From the IMG/VR virus record IMGVR_UViG_3300031159_000007, positions 1-25,961 of that record: a stretch of DNA of 25,961 nucleotides. One strand, written 5' to 3'. Position 1 is the first letter of the stretch; each line of letters begins with the position of its first letter. The notes under the pieces were generated by a model. That model was not told the origin of the DNA. It saw only the letters and a program-made list of their open reading frames with translations, and did no database searches. This document shows positions 17,269 through 25,035 of this stretch, piece by piece. Source of the stretch: a virus (Duplodnaviria; Caudoviricetes). The position numbers were made by a program, and so were the translations under genes.

Positions 17269-17502
17269 CTATGCTTCACCCCCGCCGCCCTCGCCGGCGG
17301 GCTTGTTGCCTTCCGTCTTGTCGGCGTCGCCCGCAGATGGTTTCTTCTCGGCCTTTTCCGGTGCGAGCTTGAGCGCTTTGCCCTCGAGCCCTGGAGGCGC
17401 GTAGACGTACACATCCTTGCGCCCCTTGGGGTCGATCAGGCTGCCGTTGACGAACACCTTCCCGAGCACCTGGTACCGCACCTTGTCCGGCATCTTCGCC
17501 AT
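17269..17502 (-). CDS. Small hypothetical protein (77 aa), possibly virion-associated
   Basis: ATG at 17502 follows GAGGTGAAGAGG; MAKMPDKVRYQVLGKVFVNGSLIDP... with a low-complexity charged tail; in the usual post-capsid small-gene position. Confidence 0.7.
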   Translation of the reverse strand: MAKMPDKVRYQVLGKVFVNGSLIDPKGRKDVYVYAPPGLEGKALKLAPEKAEKKPSAGDADKTEGNKPAGEGGGGEA

Positions 17503-17512
17503 CCTCTTCACC

Positions 17513-18367
17513 TCATGCTGCTGCGGCGGCGGGTTCGATCTCCGCCCGCGCCTGCGCGATGATCCACTCGGTGAGCCCCGGCCCGATGATGTCCTTGAGG
17601 TAGTCACGGAAGTGCGTCTCGATCGGTTCTACGGCCAAGCCAAGCTCAGACCAGCCGAGCATGTAGTTCCGCACCCGGTCGTCCCAGGTGTTCGGGTACG
17701 GCACGCCGTGCGGACGCTGGAACCGGTGCACCCAGCGCAGGAAGGGCAGGCACAGCACGCGGCCGCCGCGCTGGCGCACCTTCTCGTGCAGGTAGCCTTC
17801 CTCGCCGCCAAAGCCGTGCCAGCGCGGGTTGAAGCCCGGCCATGCCGTCCGGCTCATGGCGAACACCGCAAGGCCCTGCATCGGGATCTCGAACGGCTCG
17901 GCGTCAGGGTCGAGCCCCCGCGGATCCGTGGCCCAGGTGCCGAACATGCCGCCGCGCCACTGAGGCTCCCAATGCGTCGAGATCGCATTGAGCTCATCGC
18001 GCAGCAGCGGTCCCTGCAGCAGGTCGCGCGAGTTTGGCTCCGCTTCCCAATACTCGACGAGGCGCTCGAGCGCGCCCGGCACCAGCAGCACGTGGCAATC
18101 CATGACGAGCACGAGATCGCCGCTGGCTTCCTCGAAGATGCGCCCCTTGACGCTGCTTCCCGGCCGCTCGCCAGCGGCCACGTAGCGGCAGTTGGGCACG
18201 CGTGACGCGAGCAACTCGAGCGCCTCCCGGGCCGGCCCGTCGGGGTGATTGTCGACGATGATGAACTCCGCCTCGCGCGCCGGCGCGTGGTAGAGCCGCA
18301 GGGCCTGCACGGTGAAATAGACCCCGTCGTAATCGTCGTATGTGGCCATGCCGATGGTGAGGCGCAT
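17513..18367 (-). CDS. GT-A fold glycosyltransferase (GT2-like with GT27/ppGalNAc-T-like motifs)
   Basis: ATG at 18367 follows AGGAG. MRLTIGMATY, EFIIVDN, LVLVMDCH (DxH, 18092-18100), FAMSRTAWPGFN...FGGEEGYL...GGRVLCLP...WVHRF. Confidence 0.88.
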   Translation of the reverse strand: MRLTIGMATYDDYDGVYFTVQALRLYHAPAREAEFIIVDNHPDGPAREALELLASRVPNCRYVAAGERPGSSVKGRIFEEASGDLVLVMDCHVLLVPGALERLVEYWEAEPNSRDLLQGPLLRDELNAISTHWEPQWRGGMFGTWATDPRGLDPDAEPFEIPMQGLAVFAMSRTAWPGFNPRWHGFGGEEGYLHEKVRQRGGRVLCLPFLRWVHRFQRPHGVPYPNTWDDRVRNYMLGWSELGLAVEPIETHFRDYLKDIIGPGLTEWIIAQARAEIEPAAAAA

Positions 18368-18385
18368 CCGCTCGCTCCTGCCGCT

Positions 18386-18408
18386 CGGCGCCGGCAGCTC
18401 CGGCGCCG
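18386..18408. other. Intergenic hairpin between cement and glycosyltransferase genes
   Basis: cggcgccgg-cagct-ccggcgccg: 9-bp stem, 5-nt loop. Confidence 0.5.
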
Positions 18409-18416
18409 CAGGTAGG

Positions 18417-18893
18417 TCACTCTTCCGAGGTCGACGAGGTCGAGGTCGACGTGGTCGTCGTGGTCGTACCGGCATTGGGCGCACCGGGGTAAGCGAGCCA
18501 CGACATCGGTTCCTGGTTGGTCAGAAAGGCGTCGACCGTCGCCGTCGGGTTCGTGCCGCCCGGCGTGTAGAGAAGCCGCAGATAGCGCTTGTTCGTGTGC
18601 GGCATCGGAATGACGATGCGCGCCCCTGTCGGGAAGTCCGCGGCAGCGAGCGACTTGCTGATGAGCGCCACCGCAGACCCGAAGTCGTCGCTGTCGTCGG
18701 TCTCCACCTCGATCTTCAACGTCGGGCTCGTGCCGGCCAGCCCTACGCGGGCCGCGATGACCCACCAGAGTGGATCGCCAGGGCCGATGAGGCGCCGGGC
18801 TTCGCCGAGGTCGATGAAGTGGCTCGACGGAATGCCGGATGTGCCGGACAACGCCTGCAGGGCCGACACCTGGAGGCTCTTGTCGATGATCAT
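18417..18893 (-). CDS. Capsid cement/decoration protein (Bbp16-like) with C-terminal Thr/Ser-rich tail
   Basis: ATG at 18893 follows AAGGAG. MIIDKSLQVS..Q......S...IDLG...IGPGDPL...KRYLRLLYT...VDAFLT matches the Bbp16/epsilon15 gp10 pattern; directly follows the capsid gene; ends TTTTTTSTSTSSTSEE. Confidence 0.85.
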   Translation of the reverse strand: MIIDKSLQVSALQALSGTSGIPSSHFIDLGEARRLIGPGDPLWWVIAARVGLAGTSPTLKIEVETDDSDDFGSAVALISKSLAAADFPTGARIVIPMPHTNKRYLRLLYTPGGTNPTATVDAFLTNQEPMSWLAYPGAPNAGTTTTTTSTSTSSTSEE

Positions 18894-18937
18894 GGCAGGG
18901 CTCCTTAATCGAGAAATCAGGGGATCGGGTCGGCGCC

Positions 18938-19948
18938 TCAGCTGTGCGGCACCACGGCTTCCGTGTTGAGCAGCTGGTCGCAGCGGCGCACCGGGATGCC
19001 GCCGAACAGCAGCGTCCGTCGTCCGCCGAGCTGCTCGACCGTCAGATTGACGTTTTTCGCGTTCTTCATCTGCCGGTCGAGGAAGCTGATGATCGTGCGG
19101 TTGGCGTAGAACGCCGCCCGGCCGGCATTGAGGGACGGCACGCGGTGCATGGCGTCGGTCATCAGGTCGACCAGATCGGCGCCGGAGCTCGCGTCCTTGG
19201 TCAGCGCGCCGACGGAGATGTTTGCGATGCGCACGACGTAACGCCAGTCGCGCACGGTGAGCCCGCAATCCCACCGATAATGGGAGCGATAGGCCTGCAT
19301 GCGGCCGCCATTGCCGTCAGCGTTCTCGATCGTCACCTCGCCCATGTCTTTATGGTGGAGACCGGCCTTCTGCGCCTTGGGGTAGATGCCGTGGACGGAA
19401 TGCTGACCCCACACCACGAGCCAGACCGAGGTGTTGTCGGAGCCCAACCCGCCGCCATCCAAAATGTTCTCGCCGGAGGCGGCGATGGTGATGTTGCGCT
19501 CATTGAAGCGCGGGGCGAGGCCGGTGAAGCTTGCCGGCAGGGTGCCTTCGTTGCCGTAGAAGATGGTCTTGGCGACCTCCTGCGACATCCCCTCTATGTG
19601 CGCCCGCTCCTCGGAAAAGCGGAACTGCGCCGTGTTGCCGTTGAGGTCGGCGAGCGCCTTGTCCGTCTCGGCATAGGCCTCGAGCATGCCGCAATTGTCG
19701 GTGACCTGCGCCGTCGTCGACTTGGTCGGCTGCACGCCCTCGTAGAGCTTGCGCCAGGTCGGCTCCGGCAGGCCGGTGCGGATCGTCGTGCGGTGCCCGG
19801 TGGGCAGGTTGCCCTCGATCCAGGGCATGTCGAGCAGGATTTCGTTGGTCTCGTTCAAGATCTCGACGATCATCGCAATCTTGCCGTCGGGATCGAGGCG
19901 CTTGGCGACATCCGCCAAGGTCGGGTTCGAGGTCGGAAGGACAGGCAT
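18938..19948 (-). CDS. Major capsid protein (BPP-1 Bbp17 / epsilon15 gp7-like)
   Basis: ATG at 19948 follows GGAG. PTLADVAKRLDPDG, TNEILLDMPWIEGN, RTGLPEPTWRKLY, FTGLAPRF, GLTVRDWRYVVRIANI, FGGIPVRRCDQLLNTE. Confidence 0.95.
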   Translation of the reverse strand: MPVLPTSNPTLADVAKRLDPDGKIAMIVEILNETNEILLDMPWIEGNLPTGHRTTIRTGLPEPTWRKLYEGVQPTKSTTAQVTDNCGMLEAYAETDKALADLNGNTAQFRFSEERAHIEGMSQEVAKTIFYGNEGTLPASFTGLAPRFNERNITIAASGENILDGGGLGSDNTSVWLVVWGQHSVHGIYPKAQKAGLHHKDMGEVTIENADGNGGRMQAYRSHYRWDCGLTVRDWRYVVRIANISVGALTKDASSGADLVDLMTDAMHRVPSLNAGRAAFYANRTIISFLDRQMKNAKNVNLTVEQLGGRRTLLFGGIPVRRCDQLLNTEAVVPHS

Positions 19949-19987
19949 GGCCAAGCTCCGTGATCAGACTTGTCGCAGTGCCGCGAC

Positions 19988-20017
19988 AGGATAGGAGGGC
20001 CGGAGTGCTGTTAACCG
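19988..20017 (-). promoter_or_regulatory. Putative late promoter, copy 2 (upstream of major capsid gene)
   Basis: Minus strand CGGTTAACA-gcactccggccctcc-TATCCT; shares CGGTTAACAGCACT with copy 1. Confidence 0.72.
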
Positions 20018-20023
20018 CGGCCC

Positions 20024-20896
20024 TCAGCGCGACGCGAACATGCTGGGGTAGAGGGAGCGCATTGCCCGCTCGTGGTCGGTGAGGCCGTCCCCGGCGCCCT
20101 GGCCACCGCCCTGGATGCCGTGCTCGCCAGGAATGAGGGCGAGGATCTTCTCGAAGGCCTTCACGCTGTCGGCGTTGGCGTACATGAGGCTCAGGATCAC
20201 CGCGTCGTTCTTGTCGATAATCCCGCGCGTCTGCCAGGCCTTGACGGCGTTGGCGATCTTGTTCACCCGCTGCGCCGCCTGCTGCAGCCGCACCTTCGGA
20301 TCGCCGACCTTCGGCGCGAGCTTCTCGATTTCGGCCTGGTAGTCGACGGGCTCCTCGAGAAGCCCGGCCTCGGACATCTTCTGATGCAGCTTCACGAAAG
20401 CGTCCTGAAACTGCTGCTGCGTCAGCCCCAGCTCGTGGGCCACGCCGCGCCAGAGCTTCAGCACCTCGTCGTTCTCGAGATCGCCGACCTTCTTGGCGAG
20501 CTCCTCGGGGAGCTCGATCTTGTAATCCTCGGGCTTCGCCGGCGGCTGCGGCCGGCCCATGATCTCCTTGGCCAGCTTCTCGATTGTTTCACGGTCGTTG
20601 GCCCCGCGCAGGTTCTCTGGCAATCCCTCCGGGTAGTAGGGTTGCCCGTCGGGCGTTTGCTGGCCCTGGCCACCGTTGCCATCGCCGCCGCCGTCGCCGC
20701 CCTTGTTGCCCTCGCCGTTGTCGCCGCCATCCTGCTGCAGGATCTTCTGCGCATGTCCGGCAAGGCCGCCGCTGCCGGCGCCGTCATCCTGGCCGCCACC
20801 CCCGGCGCCGGCGCCGTCACTCTGACCACCGCCGCCAGCACCCGCGCCGCCGTCTGCGTTGAACAACGGGAAAGGCAGAAAACGGAACAGTCTCAT
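20024..20896 (-). CDS. Capsid assembly scaffold protein (putative)
   Basis: Gly/Asp-rich disordered N-terminus, PEDYKIELP, AHELGLTQQQF and C-terminal SLYPSM; immediately upstream of the capsid gene. Confidence 0.8.
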   Translation of the reverse strand: MRLFRFLPFPLFNADGGAGAGGGGQSDGAGAGGGGQDDGAGSGGLAGHAQKILQQDGGDNGEGNKGGDGGGDGNGGQGQQTPDGQPYYPEGLPENLRGANDRETIEKLAKEIMGRPQPPAKPEDYKIELPEELAKKVGDLENDEVLKLWRGVAHELGLTQQQFQDAFVKLHQKMSEAGLLEEPVDYQAEIEKLAPKVGDPKVRLQQAAQRVNKIANAVKAWQTRGIIDKNDAVILSLMYANADSVKAFEKILALIPGEHGIQGGGQGAGDGLTDHERAMRSLYPSMFASR

Positions 20897-20899
20897 GGC

Positions 20900-21265
20900 T
20901 CACCCCCTTTGGCTGTCCTGCCCTCGCGCCATCGCGAGCATTTGCAGGAGCATGAACACGATCGAGTTCTGGCCCTCGCGCCTGGCCTTCAGGATCGCGT
21001 AGGCCTCAGCGGTCATGGCCGCCCGTTCCTCCTCCGAGGACGGACGGAACAGCGTCTTGCGCACCAGGAGCTCGAGCAGCTTTCGGCCCGCGTCCGTATC
21101 GAGCGCCGCCTTGGCGATCGCCGCCTCGCGCAGCGCCTCCTCGCGCTGCTTCTCGGCCTGCGCCTTGTTGACCTGGGCGATCTGCGGCCCGAGGTTTTCG
21201 AGGTCACCCCAGCCGTCCAGCTCGAGCATGCGGTAGAGATCGCCGAGCACGTCAGGAGCGCTCAT
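20900..21265 (-). CDS. Bbp19-like phage protein
   Basis: DAGRKLLELL...AREGQNSIVFMLLQML pattern; lies between portal and scaffold. Confidence 0.7.
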   Translation of the reverse strand: MSAPDVLGDLYRMLELDGWGDLENLGPQIAQVNKAQAEKQREEALREAAIAKAALDTDAGRKLLELLVRKTLFRPSSEEERAAMTAEAYAILKARREGQNSIVFMLLQMLAMARGQDSQRG

Positions 21266-22911
21266 ATCGCACCCCCGTTGACGATCTGCTGGGCGGGATC
21301 GGGCGGCGGCAGCTTGGGCTGGGCTTGCGCGTTGGCTTGCGCGGCCACCAGCTGCTGGAGGAGTTCGCGAAGCTGCTCTGCCTCCGCCTTCGAGCGAATG
21401 TGGCGTTCGTCGACGCCGAGCCAGCGGCCGAGCTGCGGCAGCAGCTCTTCAACCTTGGCGGCGAGCAGCGCCGCCTGCGGGCCGAACAGCATGACGATCA
21501 TCTGGATCCAGCTCACGGCCCGGTCGACCTTGTCGGCCCGTTGCGCGGCCGCCGCCGGCGCCGTCACGGTCACCTGGGTGAGGAGCTGGTCGATTTTGAG
21601 GTTCGTGTCGAGCTTGCCCTGCTTTTCGAGGATGTCGACGGCATTGCGCACGATGGGCGTGACGAGCTCGAGCGCGATGCGGCTGCCGGTGCCGCCGCGG
21701 TTGCGCGCGTAGCGCCGAAGCCGGCCCGCGATCTCGGTCGCCGAGCGCACCGGGTCCTGCTCGGACGGCAGCTCGTCGTCGAGCAGCACGCGGCGGATCT
21801 GCTCGCGCTCGTCCTGCATGACGATCGAGGAGACGTCGAAGTCCTGCGGGACGGGGAGGCGCTGGATGGTGGGGCCGAGCGGCCCGCCGGTCGAGGCGAC
21901 AGTCCACATCGCCAAGGGCTTAAAAACCGCGGTGTCTGGATTGAACACGCCGTCGTTGCGGCGCATCCAGATGCCCAGGATCGCGAAGGCCGCGGCGCGC
22001 AGCGCAAGCTCGCGCGTCTTATTCGCCGTCTTCACGAACGGAAGGCCGAGGTGCGCGAGCCCGCGCCCGAACGTCTCTCCGGGCACCTTGAAGAAACGCG
22101 GCACGACCCAGCGGCTGGTGCGGAAGTCCTCTTGCCAGATGAACGTGTCGTCGTTGTCGAGGTCAGACCACACGCGCAGCTTCCACTGCTTTTCGCGTGG
22201 ATCGTAGCAGGTGTACTGGGTGATGAGCGTGGTGCCACGCTTCGCGGCGCCTCTGTCGTTCTTGATCGCATCCGCGACGGTCTTCGAAAAATTGCCTTTC
22301 GGCCAGAGCGCCTCGAGATCGCGGAGCTTGTACTTACGCCGCCACCAGATGTGCCAGATGTCTCCCCACGGCCCCTCCTCGAGCGCCAGCTCGGAAGGCG
22401 GCACCGCCCGGGAGCGCACCAGCTCATCGTCGTCGCCCGATGCCTGATACATGGCGCCTGTGCCGGCGAAGAGGTCGATCATCATCTCGTGCGCCGTCAC
22501 GCGCGCCCGCGTCAGCACGCCGTGCACCAGACGCGTGATCTTCTCGAGCTCCTCGGCAAGCTGCTTTCTCTCATCGCCCTCGGGGAAGAGCGGCCCCGGC
22601 TCGAGCTTGAAGAAGTCCTCGAACGGCGGCATCCAGTCCGCCTGCATGGTGCCGGCGAAGTTGAAGGCCGCCGATAGCCCGGTGCCGTCGAAGAGATCGC
22701 CGGTGCGCGACTGCCCCTCGCTCGGCCCGCCGCGCTCCGGCATCTGTTCGGATGTCGAGAGCCGGAAGGGCATGTAGTACTTGTAGATGTCGTCGAGCTC
22801 GCGGTGGTAGCGCTTCGCGGCCTCGAACGCCTCGTTGGCGTGCGTTTTGATGTCGGCCGCCTCGGCGCGGCTCGCCTCTTCCTTGCTCTCGGGCTTCTCG
22901 GCCACGGTCAT
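21262..22911 (-). CDS. Portal (head-to-tail connector) protein
   Basis: LFDGTG, DLFAGTGAM, VPRFFKVPGETFGRG, RSATEI motifs; about 549 aa. Start is ATG at 22911 (TGATG overlap) or GTG at 22914. Confidence 0.93.
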   Translation of the reverse strand: MTVAEKPESKEEASRAEAADIKTHANEAFEAAKRYHRELDDIYKYYMPFRLSTSEQMPERGGPSEGQSRTGDLFDGTGLSAAFNFAGTMQADWMPPFEDFFKLEPGPLFPEGDERKQLAEELEKITRLVHGVLTRARVTAHEMMIDLFAGTGAMYQASGDDDELVRSRAVPPSELALEEGPWGDIWHIWWRRKYKLRDLEALWPKGNFSKTVADAIKNDRGAAKRGTTLITQYTCYDPREKQWKLRVWSDLDNDDTFIWQEDFRTSRWVVPRFFKVPGETFGRGLAHLGLPFVKTANKTRELALRAAAFAILGIWMRRNDGVFNPDTAVFKPLAMWTVASTGGPLGPTIQRLPVPQDFDVSSIVMQDEREQIRRVLLDDELPSEQDPVRSATEIAGRLRRYARNRGGTGSRIALELVTPIVRNAVDILEKQGKLDTNLKIDQLLTQVTVTAPAAAAQRADKVDRAVSWIQMIVMLFGPQAALLAAKVEELLPQLGRWLGVDERHIRSKAEAEQLRELLQQLVAAQANAQAQPKLPPPDPAQQIVNGGAI

Positions 22912-23123
22912 CACCCGAACGTTTCGCGCAATTGATCCTCGATGTAGGCGAGGAGGCCGCGGCCGCCGGTGCGCAGGCGGCGCTGGCCAGCCTCGATCGC
23001 CTCAGTGCGGCGCCGCTCCTCCTCGAGCAGGCGCTGCTGCTCCCGCTGTGCCTGTCGAATGGCCTTGAGCTGGTCGTCGCCGCCGCTGAACAGGCTCTTG
23101 ATGCCCTTAACCACCTTGGTCAC
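22911..23123 (-). CDS. Small pre-portal virion protein (70 aa)
   Basis: GTG at 23123 follows GGAGG and overlaps the upstream TAG; MTKVVKGIKSLFSGG...coiled coil...RTGGRGLL...ETFG. Confidence 0.72.
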   Translation of the reverse strand: MTKVVKGIKSLFSGGDDQLKAIRQAQREQQRLLEEERRRTEAIEAGQRRLRTGGRGLLAYIEDQLRETFG

Positions 23124-23524
23124 TACCGCCTCCACCGCTGATGCCGACCAACGAAATGGTCCTCCGGCGTGAAGCCCAACAGGGCGGCAAGCCGCCGGCC
23201 CTGCCGGTTCTCGGGACGCACGAAACAAATGCACCCCGTCCGGCTGGCCAGCACGGCACGCGCCAGGCGGACGAAGCGGCGCATGTGGGGACCCGCGAGC
23301 GGTGACACGAGAAACCAGCAATCGCGATCCCCCGTCCCGTCGATGGGCGCCATGCCGGCAAGCGCAACCGGAGCCGTCAGGCCGTCGACGAAGAAGGCGA
23401 AGGCCTCGGAGAGACCCACCTGCGCCAGGATGAGACGATAGAGGCTGGGCGGCAGTGTTAACCGCAGCTCCGGCTCGGCCATCATCGCCAGCAGATGCCC
23501 AGCCTCGGCCGGCTCGATCCGCAT
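23123..23524 (-). CDS. GNAT-fold (DUF2833/T7 gp13-like) phage protein
   Basis: 133 aa coupled to the terminase stop (TGATG); PVALAG...DCWFL...FVRPENRQGRRLAALLGF resembles the GNAT C-terminal N...RL...LGF motif. Confidence 0.65.
   Translation of the reverse strand: MRIEPAEAGHLLAMMAEPELRLTLPPSLYRLILAQVGLSEAFAFFVDGLTAPVALAGMAPIDGTGDRDCWFLVSPLAGPHMRRFVRLARAVLASRTGCICFVRPENRQGRRLAALLGFTPEDHFVGRHQRWRR
23435..23464 (-). promoter_or_regulatory. Putative late promoter, copy 3 (inside GNAT-like gene, upstream of portal genes)
   Basis: Minus strand CGGTTAACA-ctgccgcccagcctc-TATCGT; identical spacing; includes a rare TTA Leu codon in a high-GC gene. Confidence 0.55.
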
Positions 23525-25035
23525 CAGAAGCCCCCATCGCGGATGATCACCGTGCCGCCCGCGCCCGCGGCCGCCGCCACGCCGCCGGCGGTTCTGGCGC
23601 GCGAGCCCACGATGGCGCCATAGCGGCCCTTCTTGCCGAGCAGCCAGTACTGCAGGGCATCGTGCGGGTGAGACCAGTCGTTCTTCTCGGGCTTGTCGCT
23701 CGAGCGCTCGGTGTTCCCGACCCGCTCTCGGCGGTAGCGGTAATGCGAGGCGAAGCCCTTGCGCAGCATCTTGCAGCTCGGATCGATGATGAGCGCCGGA
23801 ACGCCCGCCTCGATCATGTAGCTGAGCTCGTCTTTCACCGCGCCGAGGCGCAGGTCGAGCTCATTGGACGGCGCCGGCTCGATCGGGCAGCCGAGCTCGA
23901 GCATCACCGTCTCGGCCCAGGCGAGATCGCCGGCCTCTCTATCCGCGCCCGTGAAGCCCGCCGGATCAGCCCAGCCCATCTCGATCCGCCGGCCCGGCGC
24001 CCTCTCGGCCACCACGCGCTTGACGGCTTCCGCGAAGCGCCGCGCGTTGCAGCGACCCGGCACGACCTCGGCCAACACGCGGAACTGCCCCTTGCTGCTC
24101 TGCTGGCCGATGACCCCCGCCGGCCGCTGAATGCCGGCGTCGAGCCCGATCTCGAGCGGCACGTCGGGCAGCACCTGGAGCGGCTCCCGCGCATAGTGCA
24201 GATCGTCAGAGTATTCGTCAGCGTAGACGGGCTCGCCATCGAGCGAAGGCGCGAACTCGTTCAGCACCATGCGCTTTACCAGGTGCTTGTTGTGGCCGAG
24301 CATCGCGATCTGACGCTCGTAGTAGCCGGGCTGCAAGTTGCGCAGGTTCTCGGCACGCGGCGAGAGGCCGGAGGGCTGGACGTACTGCTTGAACCCTGGC
24401 GGGCGCTCCTCCTCGAACAGCTTGTAGTACCAGCTATCGATGTCCGGCGCGTTGAGGTCGCCGATCACATAAGCCCGGTACGGCACATCGCCGGCGATGT
24501 CCTCACGGCGCGGATAGCGGCCGAGGCGCGTCAACGCCGTGTCGAGCACCGCCTTCGGCAAAAGGTCCATTTCGAACAGCCAGAAGGCCGTCGGCTCGAA
24601 GCCGCGCATGAACTGCTCGACCGCGAGCTCGCCGATGGCGGCGAAGATCGCCTGGAAGTCGACGGTCACCCGCCGGCCGTTGCGCAGCACGTCCCACTCG
24701 ATCTTGTGGGTGGCGAACCGGCCGCCGCCGCCCGTGAACTCCGCCTCGGTCCACTCGCCGCCGTCCTCGGGCAGCCAGTCCTTCCAGGTCGAGTAGAGGT
24801 TTCGCTCGAGCTGCCCGTAGGTCTGGCCAATGACGGACAGCTTGAACCGGATTTTACCGTCCTTGCAGACCGGCATCATCGACGCGTTGCGCAGGGCGTC
24901 GAAGATGCAGGTCACCGTCTTGCCGCTGCCGACCGGCCCGCGCAGTGTGCGCACGATCGAGGTCGTGTCGTTCATGAACGCCGCGGCGACGGGACCCGGC
25001 GGCCTGAACTGGCGGAAGCGCTCGAGGGTGCTCAT
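23524..25035 (-). CDS. terL: Terminase large subunit
   Basis: ATG at 25035 (ATGA overlap). Walker A GPVGSGKT, Walker B region FWLFEMD, GDLNAP, nuclease motifs IGLDAG, WADPAG and SHPHDALQY. Confidence 0.93.
   Translation of the reverse strand: MSTLERFRQFRPPGPVAAAFMNDTTSIVRTLRGPVGSGKTVTCIFDALRNASMMPVCKDGKIRFKLSVIGQTYGQLERNLYSTWKDWLPEDGGEWTEAEFTGGGGRFATHKIEWDVLRNGRRVTVDFQAIFAAIGELAVEQFMRGFEPTAFWLFEMDLLPKAVLDTALTRLGRYPRREDIAGDVPYRAYVIGDLNAPDIDSWYYKLFEEERPPGFKQYVQPSGLSPRAENLRNLQPGYYERQIAMLGHNKHLVKRMVLNEFAPSLDGEPVYADEYSDDLHYAREPLQVLPDVPLEIGLDAGIQRPAGVIGQQSSKGQFRVLAEVVPGRCNARRFAEAVKRVVAERAPGRRIEMGWADPAGFTGADREAGDLAWAETVMLELGCPIEPAPSNELDLRLGAVKDELSYMIEAGVPALIIDPSCKMLRKGFASHYRYRRERVGNTERSSDKPEKNDWSHPHDALQYWLLGKKGRYGAIVGSRARTAGGVAAAAGAGGTVIIRDGGF

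Noticed and set aside
17225-17270. Possible terminator after the 77-aa gene
   Set aside because: The stem is short (ggccgg/ccggcc) and the T-run is too far from it to call a terminator with confidence.
18368-18484. Upstream extension of the glycosyltransferase frame (Arg/Pro-rich) suggesting a frameshifted cement-GT fusion
   Set aside because: The extension is just the alternative frame of the Thr/Ser codons. No slippery sequence is seen, and the GT has its own AGGAG RBS and ATG at 18367.
18894-19274. N-terminal 127 codons of the listed 285-aa ORF
   Set aside because: They overlap the capsid gene in another frame; the real start is MIIDK at 18893 with an RBS.
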